Below, one piece after another: positions 17,403 to 27,096 of a stretch of 64,000 nt of DNA. Every line of letters begins with the position of its first letter. The first letter of the stretch is position 1. Source of the DNA: Patescibacteria group bacterium (GTDB lineage: Bacteria > Patescibacteriota > JABMPQ01 > JAHIRA01); NCBI GenBank assembly GCA_018818205.1, contig JAHISJ010000023.1, positions 10,600-74,599 of the forward strand, in the 5' to 3' direction. The translations under genes were made by a program, and so were the position numbers. Below the pieces are notes generated by a model, which made no database searches, was not told the origin of the DNA, and was given only the letters and a program-made list of their open reading frames with translations.

Positions 17403-19400
17403 ATGCAAGAGTTACAACAGCAACCCCCAAGTTCTGAGCGTGAACAGCCAATCGATCCTGAGGATGATTTTGAAGAGCTCACGGTAGAAGACGTGCTCCC
17501 GGATATGTCCTCTGAAGCGGGTGCTGCAATTTTTATGGAAGAATTAAAACAAAGAATCGAGGAGGATGAATATGAAGCGGCAAAGCTTATCGAGGAAGCC
17601 ATGGCTGGTATTAATGAGGGGTACAGTCCAGATGACCCTGGGAAAAGTGAGAGACCGCTTAAAGAAGTATATGATGAGTACACAAAACTACAAAAGGCTT
17701 TAAAAGAAGCGGGAGTGTCCGTGGAACTTGATTTTGATTCAGGAGGTGAAGATCGAGCACGTGCCAACATTCTTCCTTCTCTTGCACGTACAATAAACGT
17801 TGAACTGGGAAGTTTAGAGATATATCTGGAAGAAGAAGCAACTATGGATTTTAAACAATTCCAGGAAGATTTTGTTCCTTTAATGCAAGAATCTAATACT
17901 CTTCGTGCAGAGGGTGAGAAGGCAAGGCCGGATCAAGTTAAATCGTTTATTAACAAAACAAAAGCAAAATATACTCAGTGGAGAAACGCAGTAAACAGCA
18001 TGCCGGAAGGACAAAAACGTGGCGAGCTTCTTATGGAAATTGGCCATTTAAACTCGCTGGCTCAAGAAATGGAGATGTTTGCAGATTCACTCGTGGTTTT
18101 GGAAGAAACAGATGTTGACAATCAGCGTTCTGCCGGTAAACAAGAAGGTCAGAGAGATATTGGAGCTGAACAAGAAAGAAATAAAGCGCTTGTAGATCGT
18201 CAAAAGAATATTGCTGGAGGTATCGTTGAAACTGTGCAACAGATTGAAAGGCTGGAAGATGTTATTAAAATCGAAGAAGAAAAAGAAAATCCTGACAAAA
18301 CGCATTTGACTACTTTGCGTGGCGATCTTCGTATTCAACAAATTAGGATGAGTCAGGGTGAGCAGCAAATGTTCAATGCAGAGTTCGATTTTGCGTCAGA
18401 AGATGATAAAGAAAATTTGCGAGAAGATCTCAAAGAAGAGCTTGCAGAACAAGTGGATCTGTCGCGTGAGATTTTTCATAATGCACTTATTGTTACCGGA
18501 GATAAGAAAAATTTTTCAACTAAAGAACTGAGTAAACATATTGCGGTTCTTTCTGAATCAGTAAACGCGTTAAATCATGATGAGTCTCGTCTAAATATTC
18601 GTGGGATGGTCACGGTAGATAAAAAGAATACGGCGCAAATTCTTAAAGCAGAGCGAGAAATACAGCGTATGGCTATGCAGCTTGAGGAACGATTGAATCT
18701 TAGAGAAGAGAACAAAAAGCTTTTGGAAAGAGAGGAGGAACTCATTCCAAAAGAATACAAAGAACAACAGCTCGCGGAAGTGATAGATCTGTCAGAAAGG
18801 ATAGAACAAAAGGTGAGAGATACATATGGTGAAGATGAACGATTAGATTCACTGATACGGCATGAGATCAACAAGATAGATATGGATGCGCATTTTAAGT
18901 CAAAGGAATTGGAAAAAGAGGTTGCTGTGCTACAAGCGGAATTTCAAAAATATGAAGATTTTATGGAAGATGGAGACATTAAGCTTGATATGAACAATTT
19001 ATTTTCAAACAATACATTCACAGCAACTCGTGAAAGGATTAGGTTTTGGAGGAAGATTGGAAAATTAGAACCAGAACCAGAAACTGAAAGTAAAGCTGTT
19101 GAGAAAACAGAGGAAACAGCGCCAGAGACTGAAAGTGATGTTGGCGAGGAAACCGAGGAAACAATATCAGAAACTGAAAGTGAGGTTGGTGAGGAAACCG
19201 AGGAAACAGCGCCAGAACCTGAAAGTTACAGAGAGTTTTCTGGCCTATCTGTAGATGAATTTGCCACTCGTTTAATTGCTGCTGAAAGTGAAATGTACGC
19301 AAAAAAAACTGAGCTCGAAAAACTCAATCTAGCGCGCGATTTCTGGAAAATACAGTATAGAGGAGTGGGTGATAGAAGAAAGACGAAAAAAGCCGCATAA
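17403..19400 (+). CDS. large acidic coiled-coil protein (665 aa) with C-terminal ETEE tandem repeats. Unknown function.
   Basis: Glu/Lys-rich with heptad-like segments. No P-loop or catalytic motif seen. DNA-level 45-bp tandem repeat at 19076-19226. Confidence 0.5.
   Translation: MQELQQQPPSSEREQPIDPEDDFEELTVEDVLPDMSSEAGAAIFMEELKQRIEEDEYEAAKLIEEAMAGINEGYSPDDPGKSERPLKEVYDEYTKLQKALKEAGVSVELDFDSGGEDRARANILPSLARTINVELGSLEIYLEEEATMDFKQFQEDFVPLMQESNTLRAEGEKARPDQVKSFINKTKAKYTQWRNAVNSMPEGQKRGELLMEIGHLNSLAQEMEMFADSLVVLEETDVDNQRSAGKQEGQRDIGAEQERNKALVDRQKNIAGGIVETVQQIERLEDVIKIEEEKENPDKTHLTTLRGDLRIQQIRMSQGEQQMFNAEFDFASEDDKENLREDLKEELAEQVDLSREIFHNALIVTGDKKNFSTKELSKHIAVLSESVNALNHDESRLNIRGMVTVDKKNTAQILKAEREIQRMAMQLEERLNLREENKKLLEREEELIPKEYKEQQLAEVIDLSERIEQKVRDTYGEDERLDSLIRHEINKIDMDAHFKSKELEKEVAVLQAEFQKYEDFMEDGDIKLDMNNLFSNNTFTATRERIRFWRKIGKLEPEPETESKAVEKTEETAPETESDVGEETEETISETESEVGEETEETAPEPESYREFSGLSVDEFATRLIAAESEMYAKKTELEKLNLARDFWKIQYRGVGDRRKTKKAA
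19076..19226 (+). repeat. intragenic 45-bp tandem repeat (about 3 copies) encoding ET(A/I)(P/S)ETES(D/E)VGEETE
   Basis: Units beginning near 19112, 19157 and 19202 are nearly identical at the DNA level. Confidence 0.7.
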
Positions 19401-19415
19401 AACAAAAAAGCAGAG

Positions 19416-19886
19416 TTATTGTTTAAACATCTCTGCTATAAGTTCTTGGTCAGCACCTTCTTTAACAAAAAATGGTCCAATGCGTTCTAATGTGCCATTG
19501 CGTAAGGTCCTTAACAAGTATATAAATTGTTTCCAATTACCGTGAAGTATAATGATTATTCCTCCTTTTCCATCTGATTCACGTTCGCAAATAAGATGTA
19601 ATGCCTGATCAGCTCTTGGGATAATATCAACACAATTACTAATACTTCTTGGTGACACAGCACCCATAACTGCTTGTAAGTGGAGAACCCCATTTTCAAA
19701 GTCTTCTATGACTATGAAATGGTTCCAGAAGAGATGATCATTTTTTTCAATTCTTATACGTTCCAATGTGTGGTCTTCGGGGGTTGAATTATCTTTCATC
19801 ATGAAGATGTAGTCGCAGATGAAGAAGCCAATGGCAGTACCAATTTTTTTAATGAGTGTATTAATATGATTGAAAAACTTTTTCAT
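19416..19886 (-). CDS. hypothetical protein (about 156 aa). Start set at ATG 19886, preceded by GGGAGG.
   Basis: Strong SD (rc of cctccc at 19891-19896) 6 nt before ATG. No domain recognised. Confidence 0.4.
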   Translation of the reverse strand: MKKFFNHINTLIKKIGTAIGFFICDYIFMMKDNSTPEDHTLERIRIEKNDHLFWNHFIVIEDFENGVLHLQAVMGAVSPRSISNCVDIIPRADQALHLICERESDGKGGIIIILHGNWKQFIYLLRTLRNGTLERIGPFFVKEGADQELIAEMFKQ

Positions 19887-20009
19887 TTTTCCTCCCAAAA
19901 AATGTGTACATTGTAACAATCGATTATACCCCAAAATATTCGCACGGTCAATAGTTCCTCTCTATCCAAAAGAATGGTACAATGACGTTATAACATAGTT
20001 TCAAAAAAT

Positions 20010-22175
20010 ATGGTTGAACAGCAATCAAAAAAAGAACAAAAAGCCCCTTCAAACGAAGCGTTTGCCGATCTTATTGAAAGCAATCCTCGTTTTTCAGAAG
20101 GAAAAGATGATGAGCAAGTGCAGTTTATCATTGAGGCTCTAGACATGGTTTCAGATGATGTCCTTTCACCAAAAGAGGGGCAAGAACCAAAGAGCCCCGC
20201 GGAAGTACTCGCAGCGTATCAGCTCATTTTTAATAAGGTGGTAGAGAGTCCACAGCATGAAGCGTTTTTGAGTAGCGGGATCTCTGGAAATGCAGTCTAT
20301 CAAATTAAAGAGGCTCCACCTCATTATGCCAAAGCACTCCAATCACTTGAAGATAGAATAGAAGATCAAAGGAGACTTATGATTGCGCTTAGAACCGGTC
20401 AAGATTCCTCAGAATATGACAAAACCACAGCAACGCATAATCTAAAAGTGATTGTTAAAAACCTACGTACCCGAGCACATGCCAAGCAGCCTAAAGATCG
20501 TATACAAGCAGATTCTTACGAGGTTGTGCTTGAACGTGAATTAGTAGCGAAACAGTTGGAAGATGCGGGGTATGTAGAGGCTCTAGATGATTCACTCTCC
20601 GTGAATGTACAAAAGTCACCATATGAGTATACTGTTCCCGTCGCTGAGTTAAACGATCTTCGCCTGGAAGAAGAGATTTTGGAGACGGCTGAAAGTAGGC
20701 AAAAAAAGACTACAACTGATGAGGAGTGGGACTTAGTTATGGATAATGCTGAGGCGGTGAAAAGAAAAGAGAAACTGCAAGAAAAGAGTGATGAACTTAA
20801 GACTGAGGGCCTTTCTGAGAATGAGCAAAAACAGTTAGAATCTGAAACTCGATATCTTGAGTATCTTATGGCACTCGAGGACGCGCGAGTAGAAGGAAAC
20901 AAGACACGAGTGCTTGCCCGTAAGTATGAAGCGAAGCGTGCTCCAATAAGATTTGAAGCGGATACGCGAATGGCCCGGCGTAAAGAAGCGGAAGAGGAAG
21001 TTCACAAAGTTATCCCCGGCAAGCAAGCTGAGAGAGAAGACTTTGGAGGAGAAGAAGCGGATGCCGAGAAAAAAAAGCGAGAAGCTGAGAGTGATGAAAC
21101 ACTAACAATGCAGAGCCAGGATGCGTTAAAGCCAATCCGGGAACATGTAGAAGGTGTGTATTCACGTGCAGAAAAATTTGCGCTGGCAACGGAGCACTTG
21201 ATTAATCAGGGTATGTATGAGGAGGTAACGTTTACTGAAGATGTACCCATGTTAGATAGAGAAGGAAATAGTGTTTTGGGAGCGGAGGGTAAAGAACTTA
21301 CCAAGCAGGAAAAAAGAGTGGAGCAAGCATATAAAGTTGAGCTAACCCCAGATGAAATTAAAACAATGATTGATTCATTGTCAAGACTCAGGGAGCGCAT
21401 GGTAAATGAGAAGGTGCGGGCAGAAGCGGGACTGGAATCATCAGTAGGTATTGTCGAACTTAATTCAGCGTATACCTTTGCAACAATGAATTTGGAGACA
21501 TCTCTTGGGAGAGTTGAGTCTCGACTCAAAAACCTACGACAAGAACTTGGAGCTTTAGAAGAAATCAAAAAGCTTGAATCAGGTGAGAAGGCGCTAGCCT
21601 ACGTACATCCAGAAATTTACCGGGAACTTCACGGCAAAGTAGAACGGCTTGTAAATTTTGATGAACTAAAAGAACATTTTGCTGAGCGTCATGCAGAATT
21701 AGCAAAGCGACTGGGCAAAAAATCACTTGAATCGTTTGGCGATGCATTCATTTTTGAAGAAGTGAAAAAGGATTTACTTAAAGAATCCAGAGAGCTCAAG
21801 CATGAGCTTGGAAGGATGCATATGGAAGTAGGAAGTTTAGAAAATGATAATAATGATGTTGATGATGAGTTACAATCATATGGAATTCAAGATGAGCCAG
21901 GATTACTCATAAACGTGTGGAGAAGATTCACAAAAGCCGATAAAGGAAGGAAGGAAACGCTTGCTCAAAAAAGAGAGGCTTTGCTTAAAGTAAAGCAAAA
22001 AAATACAGAAAAAATAAACATGATACGTTCACAAGCAGGTGAAGTTGCAGAAAAGGTAGCAATAAATATTGTAACGAGAACCGTAATAGAAGAAAAACTG
22101 AAGGTGCTCAAAGCCACAGGTGAGAGAAGTGAACAACGTAAACTGGGCAGTCTCTTTAAGCCAATAGAAGCCTAA
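20010..22175 (+). CDS. large acidic coiled-coil protein (721 aa). Unknown function.
   Basis: Glu/Lys/Arg-rich helical sequence. No NTP-binding or catalytic motifs recognised. Confidence 0.5.
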   Translation: MVEQQSKKEQKAPSNEAFADLIESNPRFSEGKDDEQVQFIIEALDMVSDDVLSPKEGQEPKSPAEVLAAYQLIFNKVVESPQHEAFLSSGISGNAVYQIKEAPPHYAKALQSLEDRIEDQRRLMIALRTGQDSSEYDKTTATHNLKVIVKNLRTRAHAKQPKDRIQADSYEVVLERELVAKQLEDAGYVEALDDSLSVNVQKSPYEYTVPVAELNDLRLEEEILETAESRQKKTTTDEEWDLVMDNAEAVKRKEKLQEKSDELKTEGLSENEQKQLESETRYLEYLMALEDARVEGNKTRVLARKYEAKRAPIRFEADTRMARRKEAEEEVHKVIPGKQAEREDFGGEEADAEKKKREAESDETLTMQSQDALKPIREHVEGVYSRAEKFALATEHLINQGMYEEVTFTEDVPMLDREGNSVLGAEGKELTKQEKRVEQAYKVELTPDEIKTMIDSLSRLRERMVNEKVRAEAGLESSVGIVELNSAYTFATMNLETSLGRVESRLKNLRQELGALEEIKKLESGEKALAYVHPEIYRELHGKVERLVNFDELKEHFAERHAELAKRLGKKSLESFGDAFIFEEVKKDLLKESRELKHELGRMHMEVGSLENDNNDVDDELQSYGIQDEPGLLINVWRRFTKADKGRKETLAQKREALLKVKQKNTEKINMIRSQAGEVAEKVAINIVTRTVIEEKLKVLKATGERSEQRKLGSLFKPIEA

Positions 22176-22201
22176 AAACAAACAAAAAAAGCGCTTAGAA
22201 T

Positions 22202-22756
22202 TCATTCTAGCGCTTCATTAACGAGGTCATCGAGCTCAACTCGAGTACCGTTTTTAATATCAAAAACAATTTTTTCAGGAACGTATTTTTCTGACCCAAT
22301 AAGCATCAAAAGGTCTCTTGGAGGCTTTTTTATGATATGAAGTTTCAGTAGCACCTCATTTTGAGGATCTAGCGAAAGCATATAATCTGTATCTTTGGGT
22401 GGAAGTGCTTCAAAAAAGACGTTTATTGGACTTAAAAGATCCCCACCTCCAAATTGTAACAAGTGGATAGCGCTAAGTGGGCTTTGTACTACGCCCCCTT
22501 GATTTGATGAAAGTCGTAAAATAACATACCCATCACTATCATTGCCGGCATACTTAATGACGCAATGTTGAAAGAAGATGATCGATAATGCCTTTCTTTC
22601 TTCCTTAGAAAAATAAGGTTTAATCCACCAGGGTTTAAAAAAACCAATGGTGCGTGCAATCCAGAGCCAGATCTTCCAAAGAATCCGGTTCCTTTTCATA
22701 ATTTTGTTCCAATTCTGAAATGAATCGGTGTAGTGTTTTGGCATTTCAGCCATCAT
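22202..22756 (-). CDS. hypothetical protein (184 aa) with a Trp-rich amphipathic N-terminus. Possibly a membrane-associated PH-like protein.
   Basis: ORF convergent with the 721-aa gene. An imperfect palindrome at 22186-22213 may be a bidirectional terminator. Confidence 0.4.
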   Translation of the reverse strand: MMAEMPKHYTDSFQNWNKIMKRNRILWKIWLWIARTIGFFKPWWIKPYFSKEERKALSIIFFQHCVIKYAGNDSDGYVILRLSSNQGGVVQSPLSAIHLLQFGGGDLLSPINVFFEALPPKDTDYMLSLDPQNEVLLKLHIIKKPPRDLLMLIGSEKYVPEKIVFDIKNGTRVELDDLVNEALE

Positions 22757-22841
22757 TCCTCCTAATGCAATTTTCAGCTTGTAACTATACCGTTTTTTTG
22801 GTATTGTGTCTAGAGCAATTTACAAAAAGTAATATAAGTCT

Positions 22842-23534
22842 ATGAATGCTAAAGTATGGATTGTCATTATTATTGCAGTCGTGCTTGCAGGTGCACTGTG
22901 TGGTTCTGCTGTCTATTTCTGGCAGGGCAATACATGTCGGGTAGAAAAAAATGAGCTTATAGGTCAAATGCAAGATCTAAATGCTGATGTTCACGCATGT
23001 GAAAAAGAGATAGATGAGGTAGCGATGATTCCAAAGAAAATGGATGATGTAAAAGTAGATGAACCAGCCTACAAAGACATTACGGTTATGGGTGGCTATA
23101 CCGCAGAGGTCCCAGACACCTGGAGCGTAACCACTATTAGTGAGAGTATAGGCGAGAATTCTCTCCCTGACTTACCTACTCAGGCAATCAGTCCTAGCGA
23201 TGTAAGTTTTGGTGATATTCATGCCGGTCAAGTTGACTTTTTCTACGCGCAAAATGACATTGTAGATACATTAATAGAAGAAGAGAAGAATCAAGACGAC
23301 TCAGTAAAAACGACGTGGACTACAGAAGACATTGCTGGGTTTGAAGCGCAGGTTGTTGAATATGACCCCAACTCGGACATAAAAGGTGCTGGGAGTAAAA
23401 AATATTTTGTTACATTAGATGGCGTTGATGTTTCTGGGTTTGATGTTAAAACTATGATGATGTATGTTCATGGAGATGATGATCCAGAATATCAAGCTGA
23501 GCTAGAAAAGTTTTTTCAAAGCATTACCAAATAG
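22842..23534 (+). CDS. N-terminally membrane-anchored acidic protein (230 aa). Unknown function.
   Basis: TM WIVIIIAVVLAGALCGSAVYFW followed by an acidic soluble domain. Confidence 0.45.
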   Translation: MNAKVWIVIIIAVVLAGALCGSAVYFWQGNTCRVEKNELIGQMQDLNADVHACEKEIDEVAMIPKKMDDVKVDEPAYKDITVMGGYTAEVPDTWSVTTISESIGENSLPDLPTQAISPSDVSFGDIHAGQVDFFYAQNDIVDTLIEEEKNQDDSVKTTWTTEDIAGFEAQVVEYDPNSDIKGAGSKKYFVTLDGVDVSGFDVKTMMMYVHGDDDPEYQAELEKFFQSITK

Positions 23535-23680
23535 CACAGCGTTCTTGCTGATATTTAGGGAGTAGCTTTCCACTTGTCTGTTTTGGTGAGTCATGTTTTA
23601 ATGTAAGAAACAAACTTGCGTATGCGCAAGGTATGTTTGGATTACTTATTATATTTAAATACAATTTGAGGATCAAATAA

Positions 23681-25771
23681 ATGCCTAGAGAGTATTCACT
23701 AGAGAAAACCAGAAATATTGGAATTATCGCACACATCGATGCCGGTAAAACTACCGTAACCGAGCGTATTTTGTTCTACACGGGGATTTCACATAAAATT
23801 GGTGAGGTCCATGAGGGTGAAGCAGTTATGGACTGGATGGAGCAGGAACGTGAGAGAGGAATCACTATCACCTCAGCTGCAACAACGTGTTTTTGGAAGG
23901 ATCATAGAATCAATATTATTGATACCCCCGGACATGTTGACTTTACCGTAGAAGTTGAGCGGTCACTTCGTGTACTCGATGGCGGTGTGGTGGTTTTTGA
24001 TGGTGTCGCAGGCGTTGAACCGCAGTCAGAAACGGTATGGCATCAGGCCGATAAATACAAGGTTCCTCGTATTTGTTTTATCAATAAAATGGACAGAACC
24101 GGCGCCGATTTTTTTGCAGCGCTTGATTCTATTCATGAGAGACTTTCAAAAAGTGCAGTACCGATTCAGCTTCCCATTGGCGCAGAAGATCAGTTTGGTG
24201 GGGTGATTGACCTTATCAATGAGAAGAAATTGGTTTTTGAGGGGGAAATGGGTGCGATAATAAAAGAAGAAGAAGTCCCGGAAGACATGAAGGATCAAGT
24301 AAAAGAGTACCGGGACAAAATGGTAGAAAAGATTGTTGAGCAAGATGAAGCACTCATGGAGAAGTATCTTGAAGGAACTGAGGTAACACCAGAGGAGCTT
24401 ATAGAAGCACTAAGAAAAGGCGTTCTCTCGCTTGATATTATTCCTGTTATGTGCGGAACTGCGCTTAAAAATCAAGGTGTTCAACCGGTTTTGGATATGG
24501 TTATTAAACTGTTGCCGTCCCCGCTCGATGTACCTCCAGTTAAGGGCGAAGATCCAAAAGATCCGGAAAAAGAACTTGAGAGAAAAGCAGATGATAACGA
24601 GCCATTCGCTGGCCTCGCGTTTAAGGTTGCATCCGATCCATATGTGGGCAAACTTGTCTTCTTTAGAGTCTACTCAGGCATGCTTTCCTCTGGATCATAT
24701 GTTCTAAACAGCGCTACCGGAAACAAAGAGCGTGTTGGAAGAATCGTACGTATGCATGCAGATAAAAGAGAAGAAGTGACAGAAATGTACGCGGGTGATA
24801 TTGCAGCAATCGTAGGGCTTAAAGACACTACAACCGGTGACACATTATGTGATCAGGATAGTCCAATAATTCTTGAAAAAATAACCTTTCCAGAACCCGT
24901 TATCTCTATTGCCATTGAGCCAAAAACTAAAGCGGATCAAGAAAAGATGGGTAACGCGCTCAAAACACTTTCAGAAGAGGATCCAACATTTAGGGTCAGG
25001 TCAGATGAAGAGACTGGACAAACAATCATTGCCGGTATGGGAGAACTCCATCTGGATATCATTGTTGACAGAATGAGCAGAGAGTTTAAAGTTGAAGCAA
25101 ATATCGGAAAGCCTCAGGTTGCTTACAGAGAAACAATAAAGAAAAGTTCAGAAGCGGAAGGAAAGTACATCAAGCAGTCCGGTGGTCGTGGGCAATATGG
25201 CCATGTGTGGCTGAGAGTTGAGCCAAATGAGGTCGGTAAAGGATTTGAATTTGGAAATGAGATAAAAGGTGGTGCAATCCCACAGGAGTTTATTCCTCCG
25301 GTCGAGAAGGGTGTTAGAGAAACACTAGATAACGGTGTTCTCGCTGGGTATCCACTCGTAGACATCAAGGCAACGCTTTTTGATGGTTCGTTCCATGATG
25401 TTGACTCGTCCGAGGCAGCATTTAAAATCGCCGGTTCCATGGCGCTTAAAGCAGGCTGTCTTAAAGCAGATCCTGTTATACTCGAGCCGGTTATGAAAGT
25501 CGAGGTATTAACCCCAGAAACGTACATGGGTGATATCGTTGGCGACTTAAACTCCAAGCGCGCAAAAATTGACGAGATGACTGACAGAGGTCAAATGAAG
25601 GTCGTTAAGTGTATGGTGCCGCTTGCATCAATGTTTGGATATGCAACGTCACTCAGATCTATGACCCAAGGCCGTGGAAGCTATATCATGGAGTTTGATC
25701 ATTATGAAGAGGTGCCAAAGAACGTCGCAAAAGAGATCATCGAAGTTAAAACCGGCGTAGCTGCAAAATAA
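23681..25771 (+). CDS. fusA: translation elongation factor G
   Basis: G1 [10 protein letters not shown]3 [13 protein letters not shown]. 696 aa; domains II-V recognisable. Confidence 0.95.
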   Translation: MPREYSLEKTRNIGIIAHIDAGKTTVTERILFYTGISHKIGEVHEGEAVMDWMEQERERGITITSAATTCFWKDHRINIIDTPGHVDFTVEVERSLRVLDGGVVVFDGVAGVEPQSETVWHQADKYKVPRICFINKMDRTGADFFAALDSIHERLSKSAVPIQLPIGAEDQFGGVIDLINEKKLVFEGEMGAIIKEEEVPEDMKDQVKEYRDKMVEKIVEQDEALMEKYLEGTEVTPEELIEALRKGVLSLDIIPVMCGTALKNQGVQPVLDMVIKLLPSPLDVPPVKGEDPKDPEKELERKADDNEPFAGLAFKVASDPYVGKLVFFRVYSGMLSSGSYVLNSATGNKERVGRIVRMHADKREEVTEMYAGDIAAIVGLKDTTTGDTLCDQDSPIILEKITFPEPVISIAIEPKTKADQEKMGNALKTLSEEDPTFRVRSDEETGQTIIAGMGELHLDIIVDRMSREFKVEANIGKPQVAYRETIKKSSEAEGKYIKQSGGRGQYGHVWLRVEPNEVGKGFEFGNEIKGGAIPQEFIPPVEKGVRETLDNGVLAGYPLVDIKATLFDGSFHDVDSSEAAFKIAGSMALKAGCLKADPVILEPVMKVEVLTPETYMGDIVGDLNSKRAKIDEMTDRGQMKVVKCMVPLASMFGYATSLRSMTQGRGSYIMEFDHYEEVPKNVAKEIIEVKTGVAAK

Positions 25772-25785
25772 AACCATTTGATCTC

Positions 25786-25820
25786 TACGTAGGGGCGCCC
25801 CTTGTGGGCGCCCTTTTTTT
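25786..25820 (+). terminator. fusA terminator formed by copy 1 of a GC-rich palindrome (TACGTAGGGGCGCCCCTTGTGGGCGCCC + T7)
   Basis: 9-bp GC stem, 5-nt loop, TTTTTTT. Related copies at 26881-26917 and 30351-30380. Confidence 0.7.
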
Positions 25821-25880
25821 GTGCACGCAAAATCCCATAAAAACAATATATACGGGCGGAATTCATGCTATTTAAATCAC

Positions 25881-26315
25881 TCAATCTTTCTCAAACATCT
25901 CCAAAAACTCCACATACCCCTCTTTCTCCAAATCCTCTTTAGAAATAAATCGCAAAGCTGCAGAATTAACACAATAGCGCTTACCGTCTGGTTCTGGCCC
26001 ATCATCAAATACATGCCCCAAATGCGAGGCACCTTTTTTACTTTTCACTTCTGTTCGCTCCATACCGAGCTTCGTATCTTTTTTTTCGATAGCACATTCG
26101 CTACTTACCGTCTGAGAAAAACTGGGCCAACCGGTTCCAGAATCAAACTTATCTTTTGAACTAAATAATGGTTCACCGGTAGCCACATCAACATAAATAC
26201 CTTCTTGCTTGTTGTCCCAGTATTCATTGTTAAATGCAGGCTCCGTGCCTTCTTCCTGTGTCACTGAGTATTGGAGGGGAGTCAACTTCTTTCTTAAATC
26301 TTTTTTGTCATTCAT
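25881..26315 (-). CDS. msrB: peptide methionine (R)-S-oxide reductase MsrB
   Basis: GTGWPSF; the catalytic [11 protein letters not shown]; [10 protein letters not shown]. Confidence 0.9.
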   Translation of the reverse strand: MNDKKDLRKKLTPLQYSVTQEEGTEPAFNNEYWDNKQEGIYVDVATGEPLFSSKDKFDSGTGWPSFSQTVSSECAIEKKDTKLGMERTEVKSKKGASHLGHVFDDGPEPDGKRYCVNSAALRFISKEDLEKEGYVEFLEMFEKD

Positions 26316-26832
26316 GGCTTTTAATATATTCCTCTCTCCCTGATCCTTTTTTATATGCTAAATAGTGCTCTTGCCTCTTTTTGTAGTAATCTTGATGTTC
26401 TTCCTCAGCTTCATAAAACGGTTTTTCGGGAAGAATCTTTGTGACAATCGGACTATCATATTTACTTGAGCGTTCTAAATCGGCTTTAGATTCTTTTGCA
26501 TACTTTTTTTGTTCATCGTCAGTGTAAAAGATTACCGTCTCATACTGCGAGCCTCTATCAGCAAATTGCCCTCCTTTGTCAGTCGGATTAATGTTTCCCC
26601 AAAAACGATTCAGTAGTTCAGGATACATTATAACTTCTGGGTCGTAGATCACTTTAGTTGCTTCAATATGCCCGGTAGTTCCAGTGGAAACTTCTTCATA
26701 CGTTGGATTTTCTGTATTGCCACCGGTATACCCATTTATAGCTTCAATAACGCCATCAAGCTCTTCCATAGCGGCTTCAATACACCAAAAGCAGCCTCCG
26801 GCGAAGATTGCGTGTTTGTAGTTGTCTTTCAT
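26308..26832 (-). CDS. msrA: peptide methionine (S)-S-oxide reductase MsrA
   Basis: N-terminal [14 protein letters not shown] (GCFWG/C active site); [22 protein letters not shown]. Confidence 0.9.
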   Translation of the reverse strand: MKDNYKHAIFAGGCFWCIEAAMEELDGVIEAINGYTGGNTENPTYEEVSTGTTGHIEATKVIYDPEVIMYPELLNRFWGNINPTDKGGQFADRGSQYETVIFYTDDEQKKYAKESKADLERSSKYDSPIVTKILPEKPFYEAEEEHQDYYKKRQEHYLAYKKGSGREEYIKSHE

Positions 26833-26880
26833 GTAACAATTTTACCATATCTACACGTACATGCATATTTGCACAAAACA

Positions 26881-26917
26881 CCACGTAGGGGCGCCCCTTG
26901 TGGGCGCCCCTACGTGG
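26881..26917. repeat. GC-rich perfect palindrome, copy 2 (CCACGTAGGGGCGCCCC-TTG-T-GGGCGCCCCTACGTGG)
   Basis: 16-bp arms. Located about 50 bp upstream of the msrA start, in an otherwise AT-rich intergenic region. Confidence 0.8.
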
Positions 26918-26967
26918 GGATGTTGTAGGCACAGTATAATAATGCTTTTTGATAAATATTTTTAACT

Positions 26968-26996
26968 GTCATCCCCGTGGAGGCGGGGATCCATCT
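26968..26996. repeat. left 29-bp terminal inverted repeat (GTCATCCCCGTGGAGGCGGGGATCCATCT). Itself contains a 7-bp hairpin.
   Basis: 28/29 match to the reverse complement of 28322-28350. Confidence 0.75.
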
Positions 26997-27096
26997 GCTT
27001 GTTGTGAATATTGGTGGTTTGACAGTACGATGTAAAATAGATATACTTACGTAGCAAAATTACATAAAAAACAAAAATAAGCAGCGCTGGCGCTGT

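Noticed and set aside
25772-25880. Palindrome copy 1 as a terminator for the minus-strand msrA-msrB operon
   Set aside because: On the minus strand the hairpin is followed by a non-U sequence, so it fits as the + strand fusA terminator only. No convincing minus-strand terminator for msrB was identified.
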